Virus record (IMG/VR): IMGVR_UViG_3300050120_000074
Location: 1-64,000 of that record
Origin: a virus
Direction: 5' to 3' (one strand)
Length of the DNA stretch: 64,000 bases
The notes beneath the pieces are model-generated. The model did no database searches. It was not told where the DNA came from and worked only from the letters and a program-made list of their open reading frames with translations. The position numbers and the translations under genes are program-made. Of this stretch, positions 25,677-36,058 are shown piece after piece; positions within the stretch are counted from its first letter, which is position 1; each line of letters starts with the position of its first letter.

Positions 25677-26228
25677 TTACCTGATCGGCGGGCTCGTCGG
25701 CGATCCTGGCGATGTACTCGTATGTTCGTGGTTCTGCTGACTGATGCCATCGCTCGTCAAGTCGCCACCGGTCTGAGTAACAGGACCTTGCAATGCGATT
25801 GCAGCGGCGATCTGAGTGATATTGCTCGCCGTCAGCGTTATGCTCGTACTGCCAACGGTCAGCGTTATTGACTCGGTTGCCGTAAGCGATATCGTCTGAC
25901 CTGTCTGATTCAATTGATCATCAGCGAGCAGCTCGATGTTCGTGTGCTCCCAGCGGCGATATCCGGCCTCATTACCAGCTTCAGGGGTCCTATAGCCAGT
26001 CACGACAGGGTATCGAACGTCGCCACATTGGAACTGGACCCAGCATAGATCGGCGGATAGGATTCGCTGCTCAGTGCGGGATGGGCGATCACCGACCGGG
26101 ACGCTTAGAACGGCCTCTGCCGAAGACGTTCCGGTGAGCCCAGGAATATTGACCAGGACTATGCGCGAATCGCCACCAAGGTACTGGGTGATCACTGCCG
26201 GATAGATGCCGCCATATGACCGGCTCAT
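25677..26228 (-). CDS. Baseplate spike / gpV-Mu gp45-like protein
   Basis: IYPAVITQYLGGDSRIVLVNIPGLTG OB-like N-terminus, and C-terminal ...QQNHEHTSTSPGSPTSPPI typical of gpV-type spikes. Confidence 0.55.
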   Translation of the reverse strand: MSRSYGGIYPAVITQYLGGDSRIVLVNIPGLTGTSSAEAVLSVPVGDRPSRTEQRILSADLCWVQFQCGDVRYPVVTGYRTPEAGNEAGYRRWEHTNIELLADDQLNQTGQTISLTATESITLTVGSTSITLTASNITQIAAAIALQGPVTQTGGDLTSDGISQQNHEHTSTSPGSPTSPPIR

Positions 26229-27121
26229 GACGAGAGCACTCCGCACCAAAACCTAGAATTGCTGTTGATCGCACCCTCTAGCGAGTGGTCGAAAAAGTGC
26301 GCCGCAGTCATCACCACCACGTTCTCGCCGTTGACGGTCAGGAGATCTCCAGCCGAGATCTCCTGTGCCAGTTGCGAATCGATGATGTGACGGCGCAGCA
26401 GGACGCGCCCCAGGTTGCGCAGGACGCGCTCAGTCTTGCGCGGGACGTAGATCGACCTGCGTGTAGGGTCGTTGCTCCCATTTACCGTAGAGCCGTCTGG
26501 AGCCGTACTGTAGAACGACGGGACCTGATGCTTTTCAAGGAAGTCGCTTTGCGTGTGTCCAGTGCTCGCGATCTGCCCGATATCGTCGATTGGCGCCTGC
26601 TTGAACAAGTCTGGCAAGCGTTTGACATAGAGCTGCTTATTCGTGAGGATCAGCGCTGCGCACTCTTCCTGACATGCCATGGCGATTGGATAGCTAGCTG
26701 CCTGCCCAGCTAGGCAACTGAACCGCTCGACAGCCATGTCAGCCGCCACGGCAACCTTAGCGCCGCTTGAGCGGTACATAGAGCCAATGGTCTGGTGCGT
26801 AGCGATGATCGGTGTCGTACGCGGCTTAGCTACCCCCGAGCAGCTTGCCAGGGCAGCGATGACACGGTACGTCTGAACAGATTTTCCGCCTTGCAGTTGG
26901 CCCGTAGGCGGATCGCGGCGCGACCAGAGGATCTCATACTCAAGATTCTCGCGCCCCGTCCAAACTGATTTTCCGACTGCAAGATCCGTCTCGATGCCAT
27001 CAATCAAACGCACGGTCATTTCAAGCGTTCTCGGGACCGGCGCAAGGTCACTGCGCAAAACCCAGCGCATGAGGAGGTCACCAGGGAGCTGCTTTCCATT
27101 CTCGATCAAATAGACGTTCAC
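26225..27121 (-). CDS. Baseplate hub / gpD-like protein (tentative)
   Basis: About 298 aa immediately upstream of the spike gene. GTGA coupling. Call by position and size. Confidence 0.4.
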   Translation of the reverse strand: MNVYLIENGKQLPGDLLMRWVLRSDLAPVPRTLEMTVRLIDGIETDLAVGKSVWTGRENLEYEILWSRRDPPTGQLQGGKSVQTYRVIAALASCSGVAKPRTTPIIATHQTIGSMYRSSGAKVAVAADMAVERFSCLAGQAASYPIAMACQEECAALILTNKQLYVKRLPDLFKQAPIDDIGQIASTGHTQSDFLEKHQVPSFYSTAPDGSTVNGSNDPTRRSIYVPRKTERVLRNLGRVLLRRHIIDSQLAQEISAGDLLTVNGENVVVMTAAHFFDHSLEGAINSNSRFWCGVLSS

Positions 27122-27882
27122 GACTGCCCATTCCAATTCGTTCCGCCAGGAGTTACAACCGATGTTGATCCTCCATGAAGCGGTGCTATCGTGGTGATCT
27201 GATTGAGCACTGGATAACCTGGCGGATTATTGGTCGTACCGTCGTTTGGCTCGCCCACGCCTGGAGCATCGAAGTACGGGATCGTCCCACGCAGATTCAA
27301 ATTGCAGGCAAGCACCGTAAGGTTTTTCAAATCGACCCTGACCTCCGAAAATTCGATATCCGGGGTCTCGATCATCCATGGCATTTCGAATGTGTACTGA
27401 CCGAAGGTGTGACTTGCTGTGAACCGACGATTCGGGATTGCACCCAGGTACAGCCCCAGTTGAGCTGCCAGGCTATTCGCACTCATTTCCTCGGCACCGA
27501 AGATGACGATTTGTGCGCGCTTGTCGGCCATAGCCTGCCGGTATCCGTAAGCTGAACCACCTTCTACGATACTGACAATCTGGCGCTCGACCTGCTTGCC
27601 ACCGGCTTCTCCAGGCGTTGGCGTGTATTCCTTGGCCAGCGCGATAAGCACCACCGGTAGCAGGGAGTTCGCACCTTTCTCGCCGTTGCTGTTCTTCTGG
27701 TAGAGCTTCAGCATTTCCTCGGCATAATCAACCATGCGACCTGGAGCCCAAAGCACAGATCGCTCATATCCACGCGCAGCGAATTCGATTACGCTCGGCG
27801 TGTCGCCATAAACGCCCGCATACCACGCACCGAGGTACGTTCCGAGTGCTTCTTTGAGGGGGTTGAGATCGCCGCTACTCAT
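27118..27882 (-). CDS. Hypothetical tail/baseplate protein
   Basis: 254-aa ORF in the baseplate block. Confidence 0.5.
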   Translation of the reverse strand: MSSGDLNPLKEALGTYLGAWYAGVYGDTPSVIEFAARGYERSVLWAPGRMVDYAEEMLKLYQKNSNGEKGANSLLPVVLIALAKEYTPTPGEAGGKQVERQIVSIVEGGSAYGYRQAMADKRAQIVIFGAEEMSANSLAAQLGLYLGAIPNRRFTASHTFGQYTFEMPWMIETPDIEFSEVRVDLKNLTVLACNLNLRGTIPYFDAPGVGEPNDGTTNNPPGYPVLNQITTIAPLHGGSTSVVTPGGTNWNGQS

Positions 27883-27954
27883 GGGGTCTTATTCCGATTT
27901 TTGTAGCATCTACCTTACCGCGTGAAGGGGGCGCCTTCCTTGGCTGCTTTCCGG

Positions 27955-28992
27955 TTACAGCTCCGCATCGATTCCGATGTACGAAGCAGTGCCCGACCCC
28001 TCCAGGATCGCTGCTTGGCCCGCTACACCACTTGCAATCGTTGCCGTTATGCCGAGGGCGGAACTGCCAACGCCAGTCACCGCAAGGGCTGAAGGAGAGA
28101 TGTTCGCCGTGGTCGCTGACCAAAATGTAAAAGTTGAGGCCGCCGATAAATATGTGGTCGGTGTCGCTCGCTTAGGCGACTGGAACGGAACCATGATATA
28201 TGCTCCGGTAGCTGAGTTGACACCACCCATCCCATAACCTGGATATGTACCACTGCATACCAAGCGCTCGTAATAGCGCATGCACAACGACAGCTCGACC
28301 TGTGCAGGACGATGCTCAAACGGCGTTGCCACCGGGCTTATTTCAAGCTGCACCTGAGCAATATCAAACGTGATCGACTGCTGACCGATTGAGCTAGAAC
28401 GAGATGCCATCGTCGATCCAGCATCAAGCCAGAAAAGGACCGACAAATAATGGTTATTGTTAGTGTCATCGACGGTCATGCCAGCAATGCTCGGAACCGC
28501 TATCGTGATGACGAATTTCTGCCAGGCAGCAGTAAGTGCAATGCTCTGCGCACCTATACCGGTGATTAGCGCAGATCCACTTGTCCCGAAATATTGGGCA
28601 AGCTCAATACCGATATTTTTAGCAGCATCGGCCTTCGCGTAAAAGCTCAGTGTTACGGTCTGTCCCGCAGCAGTGCGGACAGATTCTATACGTTGTTGCA
28701 GGTTGGCGAAGTTGCCGGTCCCTGCGACTGTCGTGACGGTCTGTCGAAGCCAATATTTTGGCTCGTAGGGTACAAGCGTCTGACCTGGCGTGAAGGTCTG
28801 CTGGGAGGCGGTGAAGGTGCTTCCGACACTTCCGCACATGTATCGATCAGCAAGAAAGGCGTTCCCGGCCATTGATGCAATCGATATGCCGCGCTGCCAA
28901 TGCCCAAAGTTTCCGTTAATAAGTTTGTTTCGAAATGACCAAGAGCTAAGCAACCCTTGTTCAATAGCTGCTAAATCCGCCGAGCGAGTCAC
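27955..28992 (-). CDS. Receptor-binding / tail-fibre-like protein
   Basis: N-terminus ...FRNKLINGNFGHWQRG is a motif I associate with phage fibre-tip proteins. GAGGA RBS with GTG start. Confidence 0.5.
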   Translation of the reverse strand: MTRSADLAAIEQGLLSSWSFRNKLINGNFGHWQRGISIASMAGNAFLADRYMCGSVGSTFTASQQTFTPGQTLVPYEPKYWLRQTVTTVAGTGNFANLQQRIESVRTAAGQTVTLSFYAKADAAKNIGIELAQYFGTSGSALITGIGAQSIALTAAWQKFVITIAVPSIAGMTVDDTNNNHYLSVLFWLDAGSTMASRSSSIGQQSITFDIAQVQLEISPVATPFEHRPAQVELSLCMRYYERLVCSGTYPGYGMGGVNSATGAYIMVPFQSPKRATPTTYLSAASTFTFWSATTANISPSALAVTGVGSSALGITATIASGVAGQAAILEGSGTASYIGIDAEL

Positions 28993-29011
28993 ATAGGAAT
29001 CCTCTGTAAGG

Positions 29012-30007
29012 TTACTGAGAAATTCGCCCTACGGAAACTTCCGCAAAGCTTGTAGCAGCATATTTGGACGCATAATAAGCGAGTGCAAGATCACTTATTC
29101 TTACATTGGTATTAGTCCCATCAGTCCACATTGGAGGAAGCTTGGGATCTACTGCCAAAGTATTACGGCCACTGAGATAGGCAAGCTCAGCTCTGATATT
29201 TGAGCAGTTAGCACCGAAAGCCAAAGCATATCCACCAACAAGACTAGCTTTGAATATCGATATATCAACATTAGAACAATTGCGGAAGTAGGCGCCATGA
29301 CTGCCAACCGTATCTGCCATCATCTGGGTTACAGAAATAGCTTGGCAGTTTTCAAAATAGAACCCGTACTGGATATCCATTCCTGCGTTACCTGCATTTC
29401 CGGTGACATCAACATAATCAAGCAATAGCCCTTGATTATTGAAGAAAACCCAGGCGGGAACGTTAGCAGATACAAGGCTGGCAGTATTCACATAATCCAC
29501 TGTACAGCGGCTAAGTGATATATAGGCTAATGCTTTTGTAAGATAAGATCCACGACCACGATGCAATCGAGCCTTCACGTCCTCAAGACGCAAATTTACG
29601 ATAATTCCTGCCGCAGAATTATCAGCGATAAGTCCGAGCGACCCCATAGTCTTTACATTTTTTATCGCTATCTCTTCAAGGCTGACAGTCGTGTCAAGCA
29701 TGAAGCTATAGCCGCCGGTGCTAGCAGTTTCATCTGTAGTTATGCCAGATACGGAAATTCCACTACCCTGGAATTTGAATAGCGAACTGGCGCCAGATTT
29801 ATTGATCTGATGCTTTCCTCCAATCGTCGAATTCCAGCCGGAGCCGGACTTCATGTTGATCGGGAATCCGCTAGTGGTAAACGTTGTCCCGGCTTCGACT
29901 ATCACGGACGACTGAACATTTACTGCTTCGTCGATAATATAGTTGCCGAAAGGCACATAGGTTACGCCGCCGATAGCTGAATTGATTGTTTGTGTAATAG
30001 CGCTCAA
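29012..30007 (-). CDS. Right-handed beta-helix tailspike/depolymerase-like protein
   Basis: Repetitive short beta-strand periodicity rich in N/G/S/V/I. Clearly lower GC than the surroundings. TTGA coupling. Confidence 0.45.
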   Translation of the reverse strand: MSAITQTINSAIGGVTYVPFGNYIIDEAVNVQSSVIVEAGTTFTTSGFPINMKSGSGWNSTIGGKHQINKSGASSLFKFQGSGISVSGITTDETASTGGYSFMLDTTVSLEEIAIKNVKTMGSLGLIADNSAAGIIVNLRLEDVKARLHRGRGSYLTKALAYISLSRCTVDYVNTASLVSANVPAWVFFNNQGLLLDYVDVTGNAGNAGMDIQYGFYFENCQAISVTQMMADTVGSHGAYFRNCSNVDISIFKASLVGGYALAFGANCSNIRAELAYLSGRNTLAVDPKLPPMWTDGTNTNVRISDLALAYYASKYAATSFAEVSVGRISQ

Positions 30008-30576
30008 ATTGGAGAACTCCAGCTTATGGCTTGAACGGAAGCAGCGTCAGTTAACGACGATATTTGTGCTTCGATAGTTATCTTGCGTTGAATGCATGAA
30101 GAAATTACCGACTTAGCATCCACACCGACCTTTTGAATCTGCGCAGCGGTGTGCATCCGGTAACTCCATACTCCTGATGGATCAGCACACCAGAATGGTG
30201 TGGACCAATCTGCCGCGATGCCTGGAATGAGCGATGCGAGTACGGATGAAGTCAGGTTCGCCTGATCCGTGATTTTCGAGGGATATGTGTAAATTACATT
30301 CGCATCGAGCGCAGAACTCGTAAAGCCAGAAGTTATCAATGCAGCGCAAGCTGCATCAATTTCCGCGAGCTTGCTTGCAATGGCGTCAACAAGTGTCAGA
30401 TCTTGTACAGAGGATGCTGGCTCGGTGAATACACCAGACTTAAAACTCCACCCCGGACCAGCGGTATCACTCTCTGCAATTTGATAGCCGTCAGGCGTGG
30501 GCCATTCCGTGAGATCTTCCAATTCGATGACGTTCTCTACGATTCCACTTTTAATATTAATCAGGGCGTAGCGCAT
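30004..30576 (-). CDS. Tail-fibre accessory protein (DUF4376-like, tentative)
   Basis: AAGGAGG RBS. MRYALINIKSGIVENVIELED... and KLAEIDAACAALITSGFTSSALD resemble fibre-associated accessory proteins. Confidence 0.45.
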   Translation of the reverse strand: MRYALINIKSGIVENVIELEDLTEWPTPDGYQIAESDTAGPGWSFKSGVFTEPASSVQDLTLVDAIASKLAEIDAACAALITSGFTSSALDANVIYTYPSKITDQANLTSSVLASLIPGIAADWSTPFWCADPSGVWSYRMHTAAQIQKVGVDAKSVISSCIQRKITIEAQISSLTDAASVQAISWSSPI

Positions 30577-30585
30577 GGCGCCTCC

Positions 30586-33462
30586 TTATTGGGTACAGTA
30601 TTCAATGATCACGATGTATCCTGGAGCGCCAGCCCCTCCAGCATTTGCGGTCGCGCTATTTGTTGCGGCACCAGCTCCGCCAGCGCCCTTATTGGATGCG
30701 TTACCACCGACTCCATTTGGCCCAGCTTGATAGCCGCCAGGACCGTAGATTGAACCGGCACCTTGACCGCTTAGACCTCCACTTGAGCCGCCCATTGATA
30801 GACCTGCAAACCCTGAAAAACCTTGAATGTTGATATCTCCACCAGCGGCAACACCCCCGGTATTGCCGCCTCCAGAAATATTGATCGGGGTTGAGGCAGA
30901 GGCTCCTGTGCCGCCCTGTCCGCCAGTACAGGTAATAATTGCTCCGAAGGTTGTAGTGCCGCCAGCGACACCAGCATTAGCCCCAGCGGCCCCCCCCGTA
31001 CCAGCAGCACCTATGGTCACAGTTTGTGAGGCGCCAATTGTTGCAGCAGTGAAAAGCTTTTTGGCATAAGCACCAGCACCGCCACCACCACCAGCAGCGC
31101 TGTTCGAAGCAGCGCCAGCTGCACCACCACCACCACCGCCGCCACCAAGAACCTCAACGTCACAGAAAACCATCCCCGTCGATGGGGTATAAGTACCGGA
31201 AACAGTGAATATCTGACGTTTAATGCTCTTAATCACACCGTTGCTGATCAGTGCTGCGGGAAGCTGCCCGAGCGTCATTGCGTGGTGACTCTGACTGGCG
31301 TCGGAGACTTGCAGAGATGACGCTTGGGAGCCCAAGAGTATCCAGGAGTTTTGACCGGTGGCCCACATGAAGGATGCTCGACCGCCTGACACCAACTCGC
31401 CAGTCTGCAATGCGAGACCCGCAAAGCCCTGAATAGCTTTAGCACCCAGCCCGTTCAAGTTGAGCGTAGATGACCCGGTGTTTCCATTGGAAATCTGCAC
31501 GCGGATTACCATGCCGTCCACTAACGCTGTAGGTGCCGGACTGAGGGTAGCCACATAAGCGTTACTGGCACCGGTATCGACTGCATAGGTTGCAGCGGCA
31601 GCTTGGGCCGCCTGCGCGACGCTGAGCGACGTGGCAGGCGAAACACCATCCGTACCCGATACCGCCTGGGCCTGCGAGGCTGGTGAAATCCCAACGCCGC
31701 CGACAATGTTCGTTCCGTCACAGTAGACCGTAACGGTCGCACCAGCCGGGACAACGACACCTGTGCCGGTCGGGCCGATCACTGTCAGCGCGAAGGCGCC
31801 AGTGCAGTTGTTCTTGATAGTCCAGCGCTTACCCGTCCAGAGGGTCAAGACGACATTGATGGCTGCCGTGAGAGTGCCCGCCAGACTGATGCTGTCCTTA
31901 GCTGCCTGGAGTGACGTAAGCGTTACGTTAGTGGCAGCCAAGCCGGTTACGGCAGTAAGTCCGAAATTGTTGGATGGGAACCAGCCGGTCAAGGAACCGT
32001 TCGTGACTTCCGGGCTAGCTGTGTTCGCCGCGACCGTGTTCACCCAGAAGCCTGAGTAGTTCGACGCCGGTATTGTTGCGCCAAGCGGATAGGCGCCAGC
32101 AAGGGTCGAATAAGGGATTCCAGGGAAGCCAGGTACAGCAGTGGCGCTCGTCAAGATCCAGCTCGAAAGAGCTGCCGAATATGTGACGGAGCAATAGCTG
32201 CTGACTTTGATCTCTGTACCTACCAGAACGGTGTTTGCGCTCGTCAGAATCGGGGCCGAAGCCAAGCCATTCGGCGTGAACGTGGAAGCGCCTGTGTTTG
32301 CGTTGGAAGCCTTGAAGCGCAGGACCATCCCATCGGCGAGCGCGGTAATCACTGGGCTATAAGTGCCAACATAGGCATTCACGGTCCCGGTGTCAGCGAT
32401 GTACCGATTGAGCAGGGCGTCGGTGTCGCTTTTCGAGTACGTGTTGGCTACGGTGAAGGTGCCGAACGCAAAGAACTCGATCTGATCCCCAGCCGCGCAT
32501 GCCGCTGCGAGAGTGACAGATGTACCCGAGTTAGCCGATGCGATATCAGCAGCAGAAAGTGTTCTCCCGTCCTTCGTGGTGATTAGTGCGCCAGGCGTGT
32601 AGTTGAACGTGAAAACGGTTTGACCAGCAGTTGCGGTGAACGCGTAAGGGGTGAAGGTTTGGCCGCCACCAACGCCACCCGTGATCTGGAACTCGGTGCC
32701 GTCATACACCAACTCATAAATACCGCCCGCGACGATATCGTTAGATGACAATGGCGACGTGCCGGACTTAGTAATCGACTTTACGCCAAGGCCAGCAACG
32801 TTCACCGTCACCGGCCCAGTGTTCGACGCACCAGCTTGAAACCGGAATGCCTGCCCAGCGACATAGGAGGTCAGAACGGACGCGCTTGGCAAAGTCAGAA
32901 GGACGGCATTCGCTGTCCCCCCAGCCGTTCCGCACCATGACAGAGGCGCCACAGACTGCGCCACGGTCGAGATAAGCTGATATTGCGGATGAGCATTGGC
33001 AGCAATCTCGTGAGCCGACAGAGCGGCCAATGCGGCGCTTGAGTCGGGGTTCACGGTCACGGTGATGCTGTTCGCCGGGATCTGGCCAAACGTGATGTCA
33101 CTGAACAACACGAAATCGGTGCCAGGAGTCTTATAGGCGAGTGGCGTGCCAGCGGATGTACTCCAGACAGCGAACAGCACGGAGCCAGCCCAAAGGCCGA
33201 TCTCCGTAATTGGTACTGTCAGGGTGTTATCAGACCAGACTGAGCTGATTCTGATCTGCGAGGCTGACACCGGGCCACCGCCCGCAATAGGCACGATTGC
33301 ATACTGGTTAGTCAGCGCAGTCTCTGCACCGGTCGGGTTATAAGTGCCACCACCGAACGAAATATTGGTGATGGCAACCTGTAGGCCGGTACTGCTAGCG
33401 TTGAACGCCGCCGCCTGTCCGGCTGTCGTCAGCGTAGGGGTGTAAGTGACCGGGGTTGTCAT
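30586..33462 (-). CDS. Major tail fibre with repeated modules and glycine-rich C-terminal domain
   Basis: The N-terminus resembles the P2 gpH/Mu fibre collar domain (ITEIGLWAGSVLFAVW). Three copies of an ADTG..NAYV..SP...L.DGM.(I/L)R(F/V) module. GGGGGGGAAG...GGGGGAGAY tail. Confidence 0.8.
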   Translation of the reverse strand: MTTPVTYTPTLTTAGQAAAFNASSTGLQVAITNISFGGGTYNPTGAETALTNQYAIVPIAGGGPVSASQIRISSVWSDNTLTVPITEIGLWAGSVLFAVWSTSAGTPLAYKTPGTDFVLFSDITFGQIPANSITVTVNPDSSAALAALSAHEIAANAHPQYQLISTVAQSVAPLSWCGTAGGTANAVLLTLPSASVLTSYVAGQAFRFQAGASNTGPVTVNVAGLGVKSITKSGTSPLSSNDIVAGGIYELVYDGTEFQITGGVGGGQTFTPYAFTATAGQTVFTFNYTPGALITTKDGRTLSAADIASANSGTSVTLAAACAAGDQIEFFAFGTFTVANTYSKSDTDALLNRYIADTGTVNAYVGTYSPVITALADGMVLRFKASNANTGASTFTPNGLASAPILTSANTVLVGTEIKVSSYCSVTYSAALSSWILTSATAVPGFPGIPYSTLAGAYPLGATIPASNYSGFWVNTVAANTASPEVTNGSLTGWFPSNNFGLTAVTGLAATNVTLTSLQAAKDSISLAGTLTAAINVVLTLWTGKRWTIKNNCTGAFALTVIGPTGTGVVVPAGATVTVYCDGTNIVGGVGISPASQAQAVSGTDGVSPATSLSVAQAAQAAAATYAVDTGASNAYVATLSPAPTALVDGMVIRVQISNGNTGSSTLNLNGLGAKAIQGFAGLALQTGELVSGGRASFMWATGQNSWILLGSQASSLQVSDASQSHHAMTLGQLPAALISNGVIKSIKRQIFTVSGTYTPSTGMVFCDVEVLGGGGGGGGAAGAASNSAAGGGGGAGAYAKKLFTAATIGASQTVTIGAAGTGGAAGANAGVAGGTTTFGAIITCTGGQGGTGASASTPINISGGGNTGGVAAGGDINIQGFSGFAGLSMGGSSGGLSGQGAGSIYGPGGYQAGPNGVGGNASNKGAGGAGAATNSATANAGGAGAPGYIVIIEYCTQ

Positions 33463-33527
33463 CAGTAGTCCTCAATTCTGGAGTCGCATTTTCGCCATTC
33501 TGGCCTGCGCCACATAGCGCTAACCGC

Positions 33528-35264
33528 TTAGCTTTCCGATGAAAGTGCAGCGATCTGGCTAGGTAAGGCGGTCTTGAAATACTGAACGCGCCGTATATAG
33601 CTGTTGATGAATGAAGTCGTTCCGCCAAAGTTGCCCAGACGCAAAGAGACAGGGTCTACAAAGACGAGCCGTGTGAATGGGCTATCCGTGAAAACAGTGC
33701 CATTGACGCCGAGGCTGACGTCAATTGAGTTTGTGTCATACGACCAGCAAGCTGCGATGCCCAGCGGAAGGCCAGCAGCTACTACAGATCCAGTAAGAAT
33801 GACCTGCACGATGCCTGCCGACGTAATGGTCAGCGAAACAAGCCCCGTTGCATCCTGGCTGATTGTGATTGAGTTGGTGCCATCGTCGAGTGACAGCAGG
33901 CATGCGCCGGGGGATGACGTCATGCTTCCGACCAAGGTGCCCTTGATCATGTCGTACCAGTTGAAGTACGACGTGGCGCTGGTAGCCGCCGAAGTCGTTG
34001 GCATGTAAGCGGTAGCCTGGGGAAAGCTTTCAAGCTGCGCGCCGAATAGGCCGATCGTCAAAGATGACGTGCCGTTATTGAGGATGGCCAATGATCCAAC
34101 TGCCGACGCAACGTTTGGCGTGGCCGTGATCGATATCCGTACCCAGCCGTTGAGCGGTGCTCCGATAGCGGCCTCATCGGTGGTAGACGTGACTGATAGA
34201 GCAGCAAGATCGAAGGTCGCGGTCCTGGGCGCCGTATAGGCTGCCCCCGACAGCTTCAACTGCACAAGGCCTGCCGAAGCCTTCACAAATACGGAAAACG
34301 TATAGGCGGAAAGCAAGGACGATAGCACTGGCGTTGCAACCGTCAGGCCGAAACCAGATGGCATCACGGCGCTCGATGCTAGGCCACTGGGACCAGGGAT
34401 AGATGCTGGCGACAGAGTTACGCCCGTGCCTGCCGTCCACCCAGTGAAATCATTGCTAGGTGCCAGAATATTCGAGCGCGTGAGCTTGAGATCGACTGGC
34501 ATCCCGACGACGTCAGCGGCGCGAGTCACAGCTGCGCTGATAGTTGGAATGAAACTCGTCATAGACGCGCCAATTTCTACCTGGACGCCCCATGCGTACA
34601 AACCATCACCGACGTTGGCCGCGAACGTCGGGCTTGCAGCATTGGCAGGAATAATACGGGGCCTGACGGGGCCTGATGCGACGGGAACAGCGGTCATTGA
34701 TACCCGGAACCAGCCGTTTGAGAGAGCCGTGATAGTGGCATTCGACACGGTGCCGATGACCGAAATCACCGTCCCGGTGCTCAAGTTGAACCATGATCCT
34801 GGAGTAGCCCCCCACGGCGTCGTGCTATCCGCAGAGTCGAAGGACAGGAGGCAGAAAGTCAGTTCAGCAGCCTTGACGAAGGCCGAATACGTTACCGCAA
34901 CACCTGTTGTTACCGCGACCGATCCAGAACTTTGCAAGCCCACGCTGTGTGTTACGGACGTGGCGACCGACGAAATCATCTTGTCGGCGGTGGTCGTGCC
35001 ATCGGGAGCCGAAGCGATATTCGCATTCACGGTCATGTTCGTGCCCGACCACGTAGCATCGTCGAGCGCGCTAGATGCCTTGATCAGGTTGGTGCGGGAT
35101 TCTTCGATCAGGATTCCCTGAAATGCATGGGTGACCGGGTCGAACGAGCGACGGAGGCGATTCGCAATGGCCTGTCGAAGAACGCCAGATTGATCAAAGT
35201 ACGCACCTGGAGATGCCCGATTGATAGTGAGCAGTTCGCTCGACTTGCGCTGGACCAACGGCAT
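33528..35264 (-). CDS. Fibre/baseplate-distal protein with two tandem lectin-like domains
   Basis: Two similar segments (ATWSGTNMTVNANIASAPDGTTTADK... and FTGWTAGTGVTLSPASIPGPSGLASS...). TGATG coupling. Confidence 0.5.
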   Translation of the reverse strand: MPLVQRKSSELLTINRASPGAYFDQSGVLRQAIANRLRRSFDPVTHAFQGILIEESRTNLIKASSALDDATWSGTNMTVNANIASAPDGTTTADKMISSVATSVTHSVGLQSSGSVAVTTGVAVTYSAFVKAAELTFCLLSFDSADSTTPWGATPGSWFNLSTGTVISVIGTVSNATITALSNGWFRVSMTAVPVASGPVRPRIIPANAASPTFAANVGDGLYAWGVQVEIGASMTSFIPTISAAVTRAADVVGMPVDLKLTRSNILAPSNDFTGWTAGTGVTLSPASIPGPSGLASSAVMPSGFGLTVATPVLSSLLSAYTFSVFVKASAGLVQLKLSGAAYTAPRTATFDLAALSVTSTTDEAAIGAPLNGWVRISITATPNVASAVGSLAILNNGTSSLTIGLFGAQLESFPQATAYMPTTSAATSATSYFNWYDMIKGTLVGSMTSSPGACLLSLDDGTNSITISQDATGLVSLTITSAGIVQVILTGSVVAAGLPLGIAACWSYDTNSIDVSLGVNGTVFTDSPFTRLVFVDPVSLRLGNFGGTTSFINSYIRRVQYFKTALPSQIAALSSES

Positions 35265-36058
35265 CAGTTGCCACTCCACGTCGTTGCCTGGAAGGCATAA
35301 TAGGTATCACTTGAGAAGTTCAGGTCGAGCGAATTTATTGTAAGGTCATCACCGACAGGTTGCGGCGATGCTTCTGAATACATCTGGGAAGACGCGCCGA
35401 AAAGCATTCCAGGCCCATCTGTCTGAGCCATCACATAGACGCGCGTGACGGGCTCTACAAGTGCGATGGAGCGAGTCACACCGACGCCATAGGTGATCAT
35501 CCCAGGACCAACCGTTAATTCGACCTGATTTGCGATCTGTACGATCAGGACAATGCGAGCGGCAACGGTAGATTTTAGCGCAGCCAATATCTGCGTCGGA
35601 ACGACACCGGTCGTAAGGCGTACTCGCACGCGGGACGTCAAGAAGTAGTTCGAGATGCTTTCACCAGCAGCAGCTATCTCGGATTCAGTAGCCGTATCTA
35701 TCGGGTATGTACCGGTCTTTAGCTGCCATAGCTGATCAACGGTGTACGCGCCGAATAGGACCTGAAGGTACGTTCGGAGAAAGTGCAGGCCACGACGTGG
35801 GTTTCGAAATTTCCATGCCTTGTGCAGGTAACGGATCGCATCCTCATCGGAACTCGCGAGGACAACCAAACCGTCAGCCGTAAGGTTCCGACGAACCAGA
35901 TCAATAGGGCCGATGTGCGGTGCGCCGTAGAAGTTGATCTCGTCAGCGATGTCTTTGCAAACTTGTTCATACAGCTCAAGGAAGAGCCCTTGCAGCTCCT
36001 CCTCTACCTCATTCTCGCTATAACTATTCTCCTCTGGGAGAAGGATACCGGTCGTCAT
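35264..36058 (-). CDS. Baseplate protein, gpI-like (tentative)
   Basis: Position after the J-like gene. ATGA coupling. Confidence 0.4.
   Translation of the reverse strand: MTTGILLPEENSYSENEVEEELQGLFLELYEQVCKDIADEINFYGAPHIGPIDLVRRNLTADGLVVLASSDEDAIRYLHKAWKFRNPRRGLHFLRTYLQVLFGAYTVDQLWQLKTGTYPIDTATESEIAAAGESISNYFLTSRVRVRLTTGVVPTQILAALKSTVAARIVLIVQIANQVELTVGPGMITYGVGVTRSIALVEPVTRVYVMAQTDGPGMLFGASSQMYSEASPQPVGDDLTINSLDLNFSSDTYYAFQATTWSGN

Noticed and set aside
31060-31150. ccaccaccacc / gccgcc-rich nucleotide tract as a microsatellite or phase-variation site
   Set aside because: It encodes the poly-Gly/Ala run of the fibre C-terminal domain in frame. It is not a perfect homopolymer or a perfect short tandem repeat.
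27955-35264. Invertible (shufflon, Gin/Cin-type) or DGR-diversified fibre region
   Set aside because: All fibre genes are co-oriented and no invertase or RT gene is present. The fibre repeats are diverged at the protein level rather than near-identical nucleotide template/variable pairs.
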